Shown one piece after another: positions 33,065 through 50,204 of a stretch of DNA of 64,000 nt. The stretch covers positions 18,478,001-18,542,000 of the forward strand of contig CM059433.1 in NCBI GenBank assembly GCA_030390025.1, in the 5' to 3' direction. The notes under the pieces are model-generated. The model searched no databases. It was not told where the DNA came from and saw nothing but the letters and a program-made list of their open reading frames with translations. The translations under genes and the position numbers were made by a program. How positions within the stretch are numbered: position 1 is the first letter of the stretch; every line of letters begins with the position of its first letter. The DNA comes from Squalus acanthias. Taxonomy: Eukaryota.

Positions 33065-34585
33065 TTGGAGTGCAACTGGTCATCTTTCCATTGGCAAATG
33101 TTTATAAATCACCGACTCCTCCAAAGGTGGAGAGTCACCTACGACCGCACTGGACTGGCTTTCCGTTTCTGTACTTGACATTTTCAGTCGTGAGTGTGAC
33201 ACCGCAAGTTTATTGGATGTGCGCAATATGACAAACTTTTTTTTGTTGCTTGGAGATATTGTGGGGGTAATTGTAACTCTTGGCAATGGTGTAAACGGGG
33301 TGATATTGGATTGTCCGCCCATTACACACCTCTCCTGTTTGGAAAGGAAAATCGCCAAAAGTTAAAATGACCTCCCATTGTGTTGTGTTTGGGAAAAAAA
33401 AGAAAAATATTAGCCAGACACTTTTAAAATTACGATTATACCCTTATAATTGTTGATATAGCTACATTACAGTTTCCTATTGTGGGTGAGTCTGGTTTTA
33501 TGTTGATTCCTGAATGCAGCCAGTGTCCTTATTGTTGCAAATTTCAGAGGAGACATGATTTAACCAGTTAATTATGATGCAGACCTAAGATAAACAGGGT
33601 AGTATCTTGTATTTATCTGGGACGTGTACGACACACCCTACTTACCTTTCACCGCCTGAGAAGTAGCACCCACTCATCTTTAATTTAAAGGTAACACTGT
33701 AAGAAAACAAGAGCCCAGAGAAAGCATTGTTTAGTAATCTTTCAATGGGGTGCTGTCTTCATTTAAAAAGTTCTTTGTAGATATTTGAGTCAGAAGTACG
33801 GTCTGCCATTTTCACTCTGATTCCGACCTTCAGATTGGTGACTTGGTTAGGTATTTTAAGATGATTTACATCATTAACTTATGTTTGTAAACAAACAAAC
33901 AAAAACTCTTTTTTAGCCCATGAAGAAATCGTGATTATTTTGTTATTGGACATCCTTAAGCTGAATTTCAAGGCAACCTTCAGGTGCAGGAAAAAATTGA
34001 TCTGGTCAGTTTGACGAATTTGAATTTAATCAACCAGATCAGCTGACCATCAGTAAGGAAATGATGTGTCTCACTTCAAATATTGTGGACATTTTCGAGA
34101 GGTTGCCTTTGACCAGATGTTTTCACAACCACAGAAATACTAGAAAATATATTTAACCTTTGTTATAACAAATTGATCCAGTTTGAGCTTTTTTGATGTT
34201 TAGACCAACTAATTGATGTTATTTTCCTTTCTGTAAAGGGGGATGCGTACGAGACCGAATACAACAGGGAACCTTGGCCTTACAAGAGATCCTTCCGACC
34301 TGATTAAACAGAAGTACACGACCTTGGGACCCAGGCTCTAACAGACCGTGAACCTCCGATTCTCCCGACCTCATCCCATAGGAAGTCATCCTATTTCGGT
34401 GCAGCGTCCAGCCATACTCGGCTCACAAAGCATTGCTGCTAAATGTGCAAAATGCAGAAGAGTGTGTGAAGGAACACGCTATACTGATTGAATGACGTGC
34501 CTCGTCCAGGTACTTGTTGGGAGTTATGCCAGTAAGAGCGCGGACTGTTGCACCGTAGCCTGCGGATGTGTTCAACCTTATCTAA

Positions 34586-37151
<2,566 letters not shown>

Positions 37152-37199
37152 GACCACCGCACACAGCACCAGGAAACCGCATTTCTTCCCCCCCCTTTG

Positions 37200-37430
37200 A
37201 TCAAACCAATCAATTATCTGTAACTAAATAAAACTTTAAAGGAAACTTAACAAATCAAATTAAAATTTGGTAGTCCGGGGTGACGATGCACTCCAGTCCC
37301 CCGCGGCGCCCACCGGTCGCGGAAAAACTCAAGTGTGCCGGCGGACACCGCCTGCTCCATCTCCAGGGCCACCCGGGCGCGAACATGGCCGCGGAAGAGA
37401 GGCAGGCAATCGGGCCGAACGACCCCCCCC
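37200..37430 (-). mobile_element. Tx1-type LINE 3' end immediately after the KBTBD11 stop
   Basis: Minus strand encodes VRPDCLPLFRGHVRARVALEMEQAVSAGTLEFFRDRWAPRGLECIV; homologous to 52940-53185. Confidence 0.7.
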
Positions 37431-38078
37431 TCCCCTCCCCTCTTTATCTTGCATTGTGCAAAAAATAATGACTGTACTTCACCGGCTGCAAAGCGCTTTG
37501 GGACCTTCGGTGGTCGTGAAAAGCGCTGTCAAAAATGCCAGTCTTTTTTACTGAACCTTCTCTGCCTCAGAGGCAAAGAGTGCTGCTACCCACTGAATCG
37601 CAGCTGACACCTGGAGACCAGAGCCTGAAGGACAGCAGTGTTTCTACAACCATCTACCAGCTCGCAAGTTAGCAGATTTTCTTGAATTCAAATTTCACAA
37701 CTGGCGACACTGGGGTTTGAACTCCCAAACTTGCGAGGCTGGGGTTTGAACTCCCCGACCTCTATCCTACTGCTAGTACTGGTACTACAAAAAATTCTGC
37801 AAAGATGCATCTCTATTTTAAATCATTGAAAGCCATGCCGATACCATGTTGGAATTACCCATGCCCAAGACCTGTTTTATTTTCTTCAGGATTTAAGAAA
37901 AAATACAGTAAAGCACACAACAGTTCTGTCAGCATCTGTAATGAGGTGTGGGGGTGGAGAGTAGTTTTGGGGCTGCATTTCTGCTACCATTTCTGAGTTG
38001 ATGCAAAACAGTTTTGGGTACGCACCAACGCTAAGGTGTCAGTCTAACTCTCAAGACTACCGAGTTCACTAAAGCTGA

Positions 38079-38257
38079 GGGGGTCATTTTGACTTTGGGC
38101 GATAGGGTAAACAGGCCTATATCGAATCAGCCGCCCGTTATACATCATCTGATTTTCATCTACATCAATGGAAATGAAAATCAGGAGCGATGTACGGCAG
38201 ACAGCTGATTAGATATCGGCCGTTTTACACTATCGCCCAAAATCAAAATTATCCCCC
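38079..38257. mobile_element. Palindromic MITE
   Basis: GGGGGTCATTTTGACTTTGGGCGATAG ... CTATCGCCCAAAATCAAAATTATCCCCC inverted arms. Confidence 0.7.
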
Positions 38258-38297
38258 TAGGTGTGAAATGCCCTGTAGAAAGCTGTGGCACATTGGA

Positions 38298-38562
38298 TAC
38301 AGAGCAGGTCAGTTTGTAGCTGTGGAGGAAAAAAGTCAGATTAACATTTGTAGTGTGGACACTTAACGCTGGCAATTTCCTCTGGAGTTTTCCCAAGCGG
38401 CCACTGTAACTTTCGTGGAAGATCGGCGGAAACCAGAAATTGTGGAGGCCGATTGGGAGAACCCTCCCGAGGAAATTGCCAGCGTTGGTGTCCACACTAC
38501 AAATGCTAACCTGACTTTTTCTCCGATACTAACAGATCTGCTCTGTATTTCCAGCATTTTCT
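38298..38562. repeat. Nested inverted repeat: Penelope-like outer arms with a MITE at the centre
   Basis: Outer AAAAGTCAGATTAACATTTGTAGTGTGGACAC / GTGTCCACACTACAAATGCTAACCTGACTTTT; inner AACGCTGGCAATTTCCTC / GAGGAAATTGCCAGCGTT. Confidence 0.75.
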
Positions 38563-41262
38563 ATTAAGTATATTTGGGAAGTTATGGGCTCCCTGGAATT
38601 TGTAGTAAAAATGGCCATTCCAGGTTAAGCTATTAAAATATGAACTAGGGATGTTAATCCAAAATGCAAGTGCGTTTTATCGTTAGCATGCCAACATCAA
38701 CACCACCAGTTGGCGTCTGTGTGTTGCATTCCTTGACATTTTTCTAACACCTGAATAGATAAGTGTGATTTGCAATGTCAGGGATTTTTACTGGCTTGTT
38801 AGTGCTTTATTACTGACTATTATATCCCTGTGAGCGTTTATTACCGCTCAATAAAACTGGCAGCGATGACGTGACGATACTTACTGCACTGTGGACGTCA
38901 TCACATTAACTATACAGAGCGCAAGGCCATTAACCAAAGGACAGACTTAAATAAAAACTATATAAACAGAGTGGGCAGTGAAAGTTAAGGCTATACTCTA
39001 AACTTGGTAGCTGAGGCTTCAGGTGATAAAATAAAATGTAAGTAACATTTTCTTTGTGAATGATTCAGTTTATTCTATACACATATATAGTGAATGTACA
39101 AATAACATTCTAATGCCATTCAAGGTTTATTTTTTAATGATTTACATCTCACCTGAATGCTTTAAGATTATTGCTTTGTAATCACTCCCAAGTATGCACC
39201 TGTACAAAAGCAAAATGATTAGTTTGAGTAAATTTTCGCACAGGTAATTTTACATGATGTAAAAATAGCTCAATTATTGTTGTGTTGTCATTTAGTAGTG
39301 ATCATAGCCTGTTCTCATTACACAGCCCCTGAAAGTGTACTGGGATACTAGTATTCAAATGCTTATTGCGTTTGCATGAAATCCCTCTCTCCATTATTTT
39401 AGCCGAGGCGTTAAGAGATTTGTTAACTCCTCTGCTAAAATGGTGCTCAAAGGAAATTCGGGGGAAAGCATAAACTAGTATCCCATGGCGTAACTTCAGG
39501 GACAGTGAGAATAGCAGATGTTTGGCACTGATTACAACGCAGTAATCTAACTGATTCAGCTTAGGTCTAAACCATGTAAACAAACTTGGATAGTGTACTG
39601 TTGAATCCTCACCTACCAAGTTTGGAGTGTAGCCGAAACTTTCACTGTTTATATTCACACTCTTTTATGTGGGATTGTTATTAAGTTTTTGTGCCAGCAC
39701 ACGGTTTCATTGCTAACAGAAATTACTAGTGTTTGCTGTGCCATCGATGTACAACAATATTCGCACACAAGGGCTAACTTGATGTCATCCCTCCCAGGTT
39801 CTAGAGGGATAAGCTGTGGATAATTACAGTGTAGCTTCTACATCCGAGATACATTCCATGTAAGTTACCAGTGTTCTAACATATTAGTTTTACCCCATCA
39901 GGTTATTAAGAATGCGAGGGACCCACTTAATTGCAACTGCTTAGGACAACCTTGCAAATTGGGATAAAACAGGAATTGCTATAAAGCGGGAGGCAACAAA
40001 AGTCGAGACTGATCTGGTGCATAACAACCTAGATTTTGTGCAACATATTACAACAAGAGTGACTACAGTACAACATCTTAAAAGCTAAAGAAAATTGCTG
40101 ACATCTCTTGAGTTTTTCTTTATGCAGCGAAGAATTCTGTGGTTTTTTTTGTTGGACGGGGGAGACCAGAAGTCATAAAACTCCCTTCAGTGCATAAAAT
40201 TTATCAAACGTTTCACTCGTAGACTCGTTGAGTCGATGCAGAATGCACAGTGCAGAATCTAGCTCTCTAATTTTGGGAATTTACAGCTCTGGCACATCTT
40301 CATTTACATCCTCTGTTTCCGAGTCTCTCAGAGAAGACATTGGCCCAGAATTTGCTGGAGTAGGGCATTTCGCAGTGTGCCCCGCATTGAAGCCAAGTAG
40401 TATAAACCCCCCATGGGGAAGTTGTCTCGCATTGCTTGGGCTTGACACCATATTGCGTATAACTCCAGTCTGATGTGAAGTGGGGTTTAGAAAGTGCCCT
40501 GGCAGTCCATTGGATCCCCATGCCACTTTTAAAATTGCTGCTGTTTCTTCTAATATTTTGAGGAAATGGACACTCCTGCTCTGCCTCATCCCCCGTCCTG
40601 AAACCTTCTCTGTAGCTGCTTGCTTACATATTTGGCAGAACTCTCCCGTTGTGGGAAGAGTGCAGTTCATAGTCCTTGGGTTTTGCCAGCTGTAATTTGT
40701 ACCCCACAATTACCAGTCCCAGACTGGTACTACAATAAAACTGTAGCCTAAAACAATTTGTTCGTAGCTGTTCTGGATCTTGGAGTGAAATAATCTTTTT
40801 AAAACAATACACACAAACATACTCAAAGTTTTACTGAGAAAAGCACTGATTTAAAAAAGAAAATCAGATTTTACTGGGATGAATAGCTACTGAAATAGTT
40901 ATTCAAATATATAGTCCGATCAGGAATATACTTTACTGAGGTTGTCTCCAGGATAACAATCATTAAGTTTTTACTAGACTAGAATAATTGCAATGTGACT
41001 GAGTTTATGTGAACACAGTATCTGTTCCAGGGGTTTAAAAGCTAGCTGCATTTTTCCATGCTAGTTCTTTTTCAAGTATGCTGATTATTTGATTGGAAGG
41101 GTAGGTTTCTGTTGCAGTGATTGTTTTATATGAATGTTTCTTTCAGCACTATGGGGGAGGTTTTGTGTAAACCCATTTTTTTTATATACAGCTTTCTCTG
41201 TGTGAACCCATTTTTAAACAACCACTACACTGTAAAATGTTGATAACAACGGAATTTCATTA

Positions 41263-41389
41263 AGAACGACTCACTAGTTCTGTATTGGCAAAATCAAGAT
41301 ATCATCCATAAAATCAGCTCTGGATACCAGACAGATGCTTATGTAAACTGTAAAAGTCACAGCCCAAGCTCCTGGCAAATACTCCAAAC
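41263..41389. repeat. Unclassified dispersed repeat (second copy at 58408-58534)
   Basis: Two colinear copies of about 127 bp with high identity. Confidence 0.85.
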
Positions 41390-44300
41390 ATTAAAAGGTT
41401 TGTTCACAATATCCCCTTTATATTGATGGTCCTGTTTGGTAAAGATCCATGAGGACAATTGATGCTATGTTTTGCAGATGTTAACAGCAGCTTTTAGATT
41501 ATTGGATGAAGACGGTCTTTTTTTTCTTTCTTTCGATGTAAAGTCTTTTTGAAACAATATTTCTTGCTTTTATAGGTTCCTGTCACCATGTGACCAAGAG
41601 AATAGGCAGTTAGCCTGATTCTAGTGGTCCATGAATGCTGCTGTTGAGCTAGACACAAGGGATGACCTGGGGTGAACCACTGACATTTTCCCCTCCATCC
41701 TTATAGTGAAGCACTTACCCCTCTCCACTACCCAAGCCCCTCAACATAGTATAGCACTAGGGATTTAGCATGTATGGAGGATAGTAAGCTTTAATCTGTT
41801 CTGCCAGAGTCCATGGGGGAATGGTAAGATGTTGTGCTAGTATCTCAAGGTAGTTACGGAAATTTGGAATGTGTTCAGGAATTCACCAGATCAAAATATT
41901 TTGAAGGCTTATTGCCCCTGGGCTTAATTTTGATAAAGAGCTGATCATTTGTTTGTCACTGTCCACCCGAACCCCATCCTGCGTACAACAGTATTGATTG
42001 ATTTCTCCAAGTCAAAAATAATAACTTGCACTTTTGCAGCACCTTTAACATAATAGAATTTCCCAATGCTTCACAGAGGCAAAATGCACAGGAAATCGGG
42101 CAGTAATGAGAGAAGGATTAGGGTTGGTGACTGAAGGCATGATCAGACAGGTAGATTTTGATGAGGCTTTTGAAGGATGGGAGCGAGATAACCAAGTGGC
42201 GGGATTTAGGAGAGCTTCCCAGAGTGTGGGGCCGAAACAGCTGAAGGCTCCACTGCTGAAAGTATAGTAGAGGGAGGGTGTTCTTTCATAAACATTACAC
42301 TACGGTTGAAGCCTTGTTCAAGTTTGTTCAGATGTCACATTGTTCATGATAATACGTGCTGTCGTAATGTAGCAAAGGCCCAGCGGCATGACCAGCAGCA
42401 GTTATAACCACCATCAGATTCATTGGGACACTTCTTGTATTCTTTGGGGTTTTCTATTAGTTTACAGTGGTCTCTTGTTATAATCCTTTAGGTCCAATTA
42501 TATAAATCTGTTTTGCTGAACTACTTCCTTTACAAACCAAACATGGTAACAAATCTGCGGCATAGAATCTTCTAAAATAAACAGACACCTTTTTACTGGT
42601 CAAAAATTCATATTTTGATACTTAGAATTATTTTCACAATTAAACAAGGGAAATAGCAAATGATATTGTTCTACCACTTTAAATCCCATAATGCACAAAA
42701 CTAATTGCCCCTGACATTATTATTTTAAATTTTGATCAATCTTTAACCGCACCGATTAATGTTTTCAAATCTTGGCAATATATTCCAATAATGTATTGTT
42801 GGTTTGGGTCATTGTATTGCCAAACACACACAAAACAACTGGTGCTGCTCTTTCTTTACAATACAGAGTCCATTGTTACACACAATGGCACTTTAACCAG
42901 AGTCAATGGCTCAGAGTATGTCACCGGCCTGCATTCGGGATTGACGCAAACCAATTGAATATCCTTTTTGTCAAGTCTAGTGACTTAAAAATAGAAAATT
43001 TATTGCTGCTAAATAGTGGTGTGCATCCAAAGCAACATCAATGCACTTCTGATCCAAGTGATTCCTTATTTAAACTCAAACAGTGTTATCAACTAGAATC
43101 CTGCCCTTGTGTGCTGATGTCGAAGTACAGTTAACCATTAGTCGCTGAACCACAGCTGTTGGAGTAAGAGTTAGGGCCGTGAAATGTCTGTTACACCAGT
43201 ACAACCGCACCAAGTCTTACTGTGCTCCCCATCAACTACCCGGGGTAAATTTACATGGTATATGTCTCATTGTAATTCTCCAATACCTGTTTGTTTTGCC
43301 ACATATAATTTTTTTTTTTTAAAGGCCTTACCAACACCCATTTTACCTCATTTGTTTGGTGCAGATGTACCCACTCTGGTTATAAATGGTCTGATTCAAA
43401 GGAAAACTTTTGTTTGTTCCACTTGCGCTTGCAGATTCTGTTGCATTCCAGCTTGTTTATCTTGTTCTCATACTTAAAATGACCTGAACATGTTTTAGGC
43501 TGTATAGTTTATATATAGTTGTAAAAGTCAAGTTCAATCTAGCCTGACGTACGTCATTAGCAGTCTGTGTTTCTAACTGAACCACTTGAATAATTAATGT
43601 AAATGAGCTATTGATCCAAATAAATTAACAGCTAACCGAATGGCATTGCCCTAATTAGACAGAAAAGCTCATTCTGGTCCGACTCCAAATCCAAGCTAGT
43701 CTTTGTAAGCCTGTGTAAGTAGGAGGGATGCAAGTGCTGACACGCTATGCTATAGTCAGTAGGTCAGACCCTTACCAGAGCTAATGTCCTCTAAGACAGT
43801 AAACACTTGGTAGTGTGATACAAGGCAATAATTCGACTAACTATTTGGATGGTTATTCACATTGTAATAAGTGAACTGAGCAAAATCCTCCCCAGTTTTG
43901 GAGATTTCATTGATACTAGCACCTCCAGAACTTGGTCTGTGTCGGTTGGATTTAGCAGTCTTAAGTTGGTAATCATTGCAATGTCATGATATTGTATATA
44001 CAGTACTGTACATTATGTATTTTATAAATGTTATACGTACAAGCTCTTGAACCCTAAAATAGATAAAACTCGATGCCGAGTGGAAGAGGTAGTGCTGAGT
44101 CTGTGTGTATGATAATAACGGAATCTAAACAGTTGTGTGGGACCGTTACTATATTGGTGACGCAATGATTCCAGCTCGTATATTGTATGTGGAAATGCAG
44201 CATGTTTGCCTATTGCACGGTCAGTGCAACCAATGCATGCGGTGCCATGTGATTCAGGTGTCAATCTCCTAAGGCCTCGGCATGTAAATAAAGAGGCAAA

Positions 44301-45454
44301 TATAAGACGTTAGCAGTAAGTGTTCACGTTGTTCAATTGCATTGGGGGGTGTGCTTCTGGCCACACTAAGAAATAACTGCTAAAATATTTTCAGTTATTT
44401 TCAGACTTTTTTAAATGATAGATTGGAAACATTTTTATGATATTTTTGATGATCAAACTGTTATTCATTATCTGTGATAAAGCCACTCGAATTGCAAGAG
44501 GAAGATGATCTTGTGAAGATAGAAACTTTTAAGAGTCTGCTTTGCGATTAACGGCACAGCCATAATGATCATTGTTAAGCACTGGAATGAGTAACTGGTG
44601 GACAAAAAAAATCTGATTCATCTCGCCTCAACTTCCCAAGTACTTGACGCTTCTGAACCAAGCTCATGCTATTCAGAGTCATACAGCACAGTCTGATAAA
44701 GGCTAATGCACTAGCCTGTGGAGAACATGATTGAATAACAACTGACACTGTTTCAATCAAGGATTATTAGTGATGATAAACCATTCTTGATTTATGTAAA
44801 CACCGCACATTTTAATGCAGAATTCCCTTCCCAGTGTCCCCCACCAAAAGTGTAAAATTATTCAATAAGGGAAAGTTGATGATTCATACTGTGTATTGAA
44901 CGTAATTGCAGATGTTTACAGTGGTAACTCCTCGAACTGTTGCTATTCTTTCTACTCTTATATAAAGGACCGTGTGGCACTTTGATAAGACTGTGCTTGG
45001 ACCACTTGTAAATAATCCATGACATGATGGGAGTTGCTGACTTTACCATCTTGTGAGAAGAGCTAATGTTATGCACTGCAGAGCTAAAAGCATTTTTCTT
45101 AATTGTTTATTGATGTATTTATTAACATTTCATTTATGGACATTGTAAAGTTTGAGTGAAAATGTAAAACTTTAATACAGACCAATGCAATCTAACAGCA
45201 GTGATGTTGTAATAAAGAGCTTAAATGCTTGTGGCAATTTTTCAACAAGTTTGATGTGTGTATTCTATGGATTCAGGTTTGATTAGACATGGGAGATTCA
45301 CACAACTAATGAGCCTACAACAACTCGAGTGCACTCGCTCTTCTTTCTAGTATTTATGTCTCCAAGTAGTAACAGAAAGCTGCAATTTCTAATTCAAACT
45401 TACATGTCACCCAGTCATACTGTTTTATACAGTGGAGTAAGAAAGAAAGACTTG

Positions 45455-47257
45455 GGGCTGGGGTTTCCAGGGAGGTCAGCGGGTGGGATCGGTGGCGGGT
45501 CGGGTGGGAAAGTGTTTTTTCCCCAGCGGGTCGTGAGCCCACCACTACGCGCCTTTCCCCGATGTTGGGTCGGTCAGTGCTGAGCAGACCTGACACGCAG
45601 CGGCGGGGGACTCAATTCAGGTAATTAGTGGCTTGTTTGGAGCCACTTAAGAATGATTTTCAGCTCACCTGCATTTGACAGCTCGCCCACGGGGTCCATG
45701 CTGGTTGTGGACCACGTCTGTCAAGCTGAGGCAGGAGCTCAGTGGCCGTTGAATCAGCTGTTGAGTTGACAGCTTCAAATGTAAAGTAAAAGTTCCCACC
45801 TTACAGAGATATCTTCCCTCAGCCACAAGCTCTTCCTCACTGCCTTTCCACAAAAGATTCACCATGCTGCAAGTCTTTACACAAGTCTCCATCCAGTCTG
45901 ACCTCATTACCTCTCTCACCATTGACTGATCGCTTCTGTCATCTCCACTTCACCTGCCATCTATTCCATCAGCAATGGGTGCCCTTTATACTCTCTCACC
46001 TTGGTCCTCAGAATCCCACCACAATCAGCCCCAACACCACCAAACTTCTCTGCAATCACCTGATGCTGCACAGGACAGAGGGCATCAGCACCCGACCACA
46101 TTGCTGCCAGGGGTGGCCTCACCATGGCCAGATTTACTTCACTTGATGCTGTACACCCTGACTGCCACATGATGCACAAGGTTGACACCAACACCATAAA
46201 GCATCCCTACAATGCCCAAGCCATTCCTTTCACACTCATCACCATTGCGGGAGGGGTACCGTTATGTCTCACCATTCACTGCAACTCACTAAGCTACTTC
46301 CAAAGGTACACACAAATCTGTCCAAGAATGCAAAGTGTTGAAAATAAAGGTTTCAATGTTTGACACCACATTAACAGAAACTTTACATGAACATTGCATA
46401 AAACACCCAGGTGACTTCCCTTGTGTGTTGTTAGAAGAAACATAGAGAAATAGGAGGAGTAGGCCATTCGAGCCTGCTCCGCCATTCAATATGATCATGG
46501 CTGATCCTCTATCTCAATAACATATTCCCGCTCTCTCCCCATACCCCTTGATGCCTTTTGTTAGTTGGTATGATTGCACTAGGATGAGTGTGGCTAATGA
46601 GATCAGGATATGATAATGTAGATAGAGAGGGATGGGTGGAGGTGCAAGGTAAGTTGGTGTGAGTAAGGATGTGCAGGAATAGGGTAGGGAAGGCAGAGTG
46701 ATGGGGATGTGATGAGAGGCACAGCAGGATGAGGTTGAGTGTGGCTTTGTACTAATGTTTTGTGATCTACTGAGATCATTGAAACGTTTGCAGCACTGCA
46801 CCCAGGTCCTCCGACCACATCCCTGCTTGTGCCCTCCTGTGCAATGAGCAACCAGGCTGTGTTGATCTCCTGGGGAGGTCTCTTCCGCCCATGGGAAGGG
46901 AAGAGGATCTCCCTACGTACTGTGACTCCCTCCATAAGTATATGGAGGGAGTCATGGGAGAGCCTGGGTGCAGCTCTGGTCAGTGTTTGCAGCACCTCAA
47001 TGCTGTAGAACACTGACAGCACAAATGTCAAAATAAAGTTGGCCATGGTCCCTTTAAGGAAACCGGCTGATGACGCATTATCAAATGACGTCACCAGACC
47101 GGCTTCCTCTCATTGGCCAGGAAACGCGCTGGGCGGGCTTAACAAGCCCTATCAAGGGAAATTCATTTCAGAGGCCGGGATCGAGACAGCAACGGAGTCG
47201 GGACCCGCCACCGACGTTGCCCACCACGGACTCGCTGAGGTTAGTAAAATCACGGCC
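45455..47257 (-). mobile_element. PIF/Harbinger deletion derivative with a Myb/SANT-like DNA-binding gene remnant and a nested CR1 tail (about 46435-46560)
   Basis: Ends GGGCTGGGTTTCC / GTAAAATCACGGCC with TTG/TTA flanks; minus strand RAAPRLSHDSLHILMEGVTVRREILFP...AWLLIAQE...QCCKRFNDL at about 46770-46980. Confidence 0.7.
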
Positions 47258-47329
47258 TTAGACTTTGTGCGATAGTGTCGAATGGGTGCTAACGAATTGC
47301 CAGCCTGTTTTACATCTCTCCCGATTTTT

Positions 47330-47710
47330 ATTTTCATCTCATTTTATATAGTGCCTCATTGAGTTGCTGGGATGTCTCAAAATGCTCCACAGTGAATTAC
47401 TTTGAAATGCACCAACCGTTGTCATACAAACAAACACACCGGCCTTGTGTAAGATCCCACAAACAGCAATGAATAACCAATTAGTTTGTTTTTAAATGGT
47501 GTTAGTTAAGGGAGGAATGTTGGCCAGGACAAGTGAACTCCTTGCTTTTCAAATAGTACTGTGCTATCTTTTAAGACCACCTGGAGAAACAGATGGGACC
47601 TCAGTATTGTGTCTCAAGCTAAGACAGCTGTGATAAAGCAACACTTGCTCAGTGCTGCACTGGAATGTCAGCCTAGAATATGTGCCCAAGTCTTTGTAAC
47701 AAATGTGGTA
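47330..47710 (-). mobile_element. Diverged DeuSINE-type SINE
   Basis: Similar to 1-310 (TGGCCAGGACA; CTCAGTGCTGCACTGGAATGTCAGCCTAGA). Confidence 0.65.
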
Positions 47711-48606
47711 AGCTGACACCTAGTAGGTAGTGCATAGATATACATAAAAATATCAGGGACTACTCGAACAAGTTGATTAACAGTCGCTATTTTCATTTAT
47801 AAAAAGGTAAATAATATTTTCTCCCTATCCTTTTGTCATCTCCTTGGCCCAGATACCATTCCCACCCAATAGGCAGGTCAAACACCCAGTTTCCAGGCTT
47901 CTCTTTATGTTGCTCTGTAACTGGCTATCAGAAAGAATGGCTTTGATGACTCTCCTTCCCTATGGGAAAGTGCCTGACTTCACTCACTGTGACGGGCTAG
48001 AACTTGGGAGGAACTGAGCTCAAACCCACACTTACCATTCTCTGGCACAGCACATGAAAGTACCAACACACAGCCTGCCCAGATGAACGGTGAAGATGAA
48101 AATCTACCCTGGAGTCTCGTCATTTAAAAGTCAAATAGTTACAAACAATGGTCATTAATTTTCTTTTGTCAATTTTGGTTGACTTGATGAAGGCCTGGAG
48201 TTTCCTCCATGGACGCATCCCGGAAGTTAGACCCGAAAATGTGCCCAATCCCGCTCACATTCTGGCGATGTCAAGTTACGCTCAGATTTCCCGCGGATCT
48301 GATTAGAAAAGCTCGAATGTAAAATGGACATAAATAAGCAGAAACATTCGGGGCCCAAGGAACGATGAACTCACACCATATATTCCCTTCTTTAAGTATG
48401 AAAATGAATGTTTCAACTGATTTAACCATCATTCATGCACAGCATGTTTAATCGGGGAAGCTTTTCAATTTTTAATGTGACTTATGCATATGCCATAAAA
48501 ATGCATTCAAAGAAACAGAAAATACAGTGCAGGCCTCGGTGAGGATAATTTAAAAACAAAAATCCAATAAAAACACCAGAAAAATGACTTTGTTTCCTAA
48601 AAATAT

Positions 48607-48913
48607 GGGGCGTGACCTTGCCAGCCCTGGGGAGGCGGGACAATGGCAGAATTTGGGGGCGGGTGCCCAACCTGCAGCTTCACAGAGCTATCAAACGATG
48701 ACAATTCATCTGTCAAAAATTTTTGACAGATGAAATGTCATACATTGACGTTCTCTGCAACCGGCTTTCCCTTAATTGGCCAGCTGGGCGGGCTTAACAA
48801 GGTCAATCAAGGGAAAATAGCGTGAGTTGGTCAGAAGTTGTTGGAGGTGGGACTGAAACCCAAGAAGTGGGAGTCCCGCCTCCAAAAGTTCCCCATTGAG
48901 AAAATCACCCCCC
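48607..48913. mobile_element. Short Harbinger-related non-autonomous element
   Basis: Right subterminus (ATTGGCCAGC...GGGCTTAACAAGGTCAATCAAGGGAAAATAGCG) is shared with 47100-47257 and 60010-60166. Confidence 0.55.
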
Positions 48914-50204
48914 TGGTGATAATTTGAGGAGAGCCTCTGAACCAGTGCAATTGCAGGATATTCACATTTGCATCCTGAGGGTGGGGCTAGTTTTATGGGC
49001 GGGGATATGTAGCCGAACATAAATTATCGAGGAGATTAAGCCATAAATGAATTATGTCCGTAACTCACGCCCAAAATTCCGCACTAGTGTCTCTGGGCGC
49101 AAGTACGCAGGACATTCCAGGCCATCAAATAGTTCTGTTTCAGCATGCTGATGCTTCAGTGAGTGAATGCATCACCCATGGGGAACTGAACCATGCAGAC
49201 CAGGAAACTCCTAGATTCAATACCTCATCGGTGTTAAGTTAGCTTATCTCAGTCAGGGTGGCAATGTGGTTGCTACAATTGGCGTCAATGTCTCTGGGCT
49301 AGGGAATAAAAACCATTGCCTGGTTCAATTTTGCCAGTCACCTTCATAGCCTTGAACACTTTAGTCATTTCATCTCAAAATTACATCCATCATGAAATGT
49401 TTTTAATTGGAACTGATTAGGATATTTTTGAATAGACTCGTTGATAACGCACTCCAGGGTCAGAGGATCAGGTACAGTGACAGACTTTGATGCCGAGTCT
49501 ATTGCATCTGCTCTGGTACTGTTTGCTGCTTCGGGGTCAATGATAAACAGCTGCGGCCTAACCGGAAGCCTGGCAGAGGTCAAGGAGCATCGAAGATAAA
49601 TCTAATTTTATTTTTTTTGTTGTTGTCTGTTTTGCTTTGGCTCCCCAGCATCGTGCCCCATTCCTCAGTGGTGATTGTGAGCAGTGATCTGACAGCAAGC
49701 CTCTGCTAAGGCTACCACATAATTAGCTGGAGGTGTGTGTAAGTAGTACTGGATGACTAACTCTGATATCTCACTCTCTCTCTCTCTCCTCAGCTCCTCC
49801 TCCGGACAGCTTGGCTAAGATTAGCAGGACTTTCAATGCGTGGGCAGATTGCTCATAATGAGCTTTCTGTAGTTCTGTGCGACACATGCAGTGCATTTTA
49901 ATGATACAATTTGCAGACACGGCACTGAATTATGGTCAGTTCTTTCCACATTTCACAATTTTCCATTCTCACAGTAGTATCAGTTCCTTGACACCACCTT
50001 CACATTTCAATAAATTAACTTGGAACTTTGAATTCACAGAACACTGGGAACAAGATCTATTTATATTGGCACAATTGACATCAAGCACTTTCGAGATAAA
50101 ATTTGACAAGCATTTTGACAAAGAGCCAGAAGAGTCCATTAAACATTTTCCTGATGGCTCGGCAAGTTTATCCATCGGGTGACTGAGCTACAAAGACGAG
50201 GAAC

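Noticed and set aside
49160..49330. SINE-like segments (also about 52790-52900 and 57950-58260)
   Set aside because: Probably one old repeat family, but too diverged to bound or name with support
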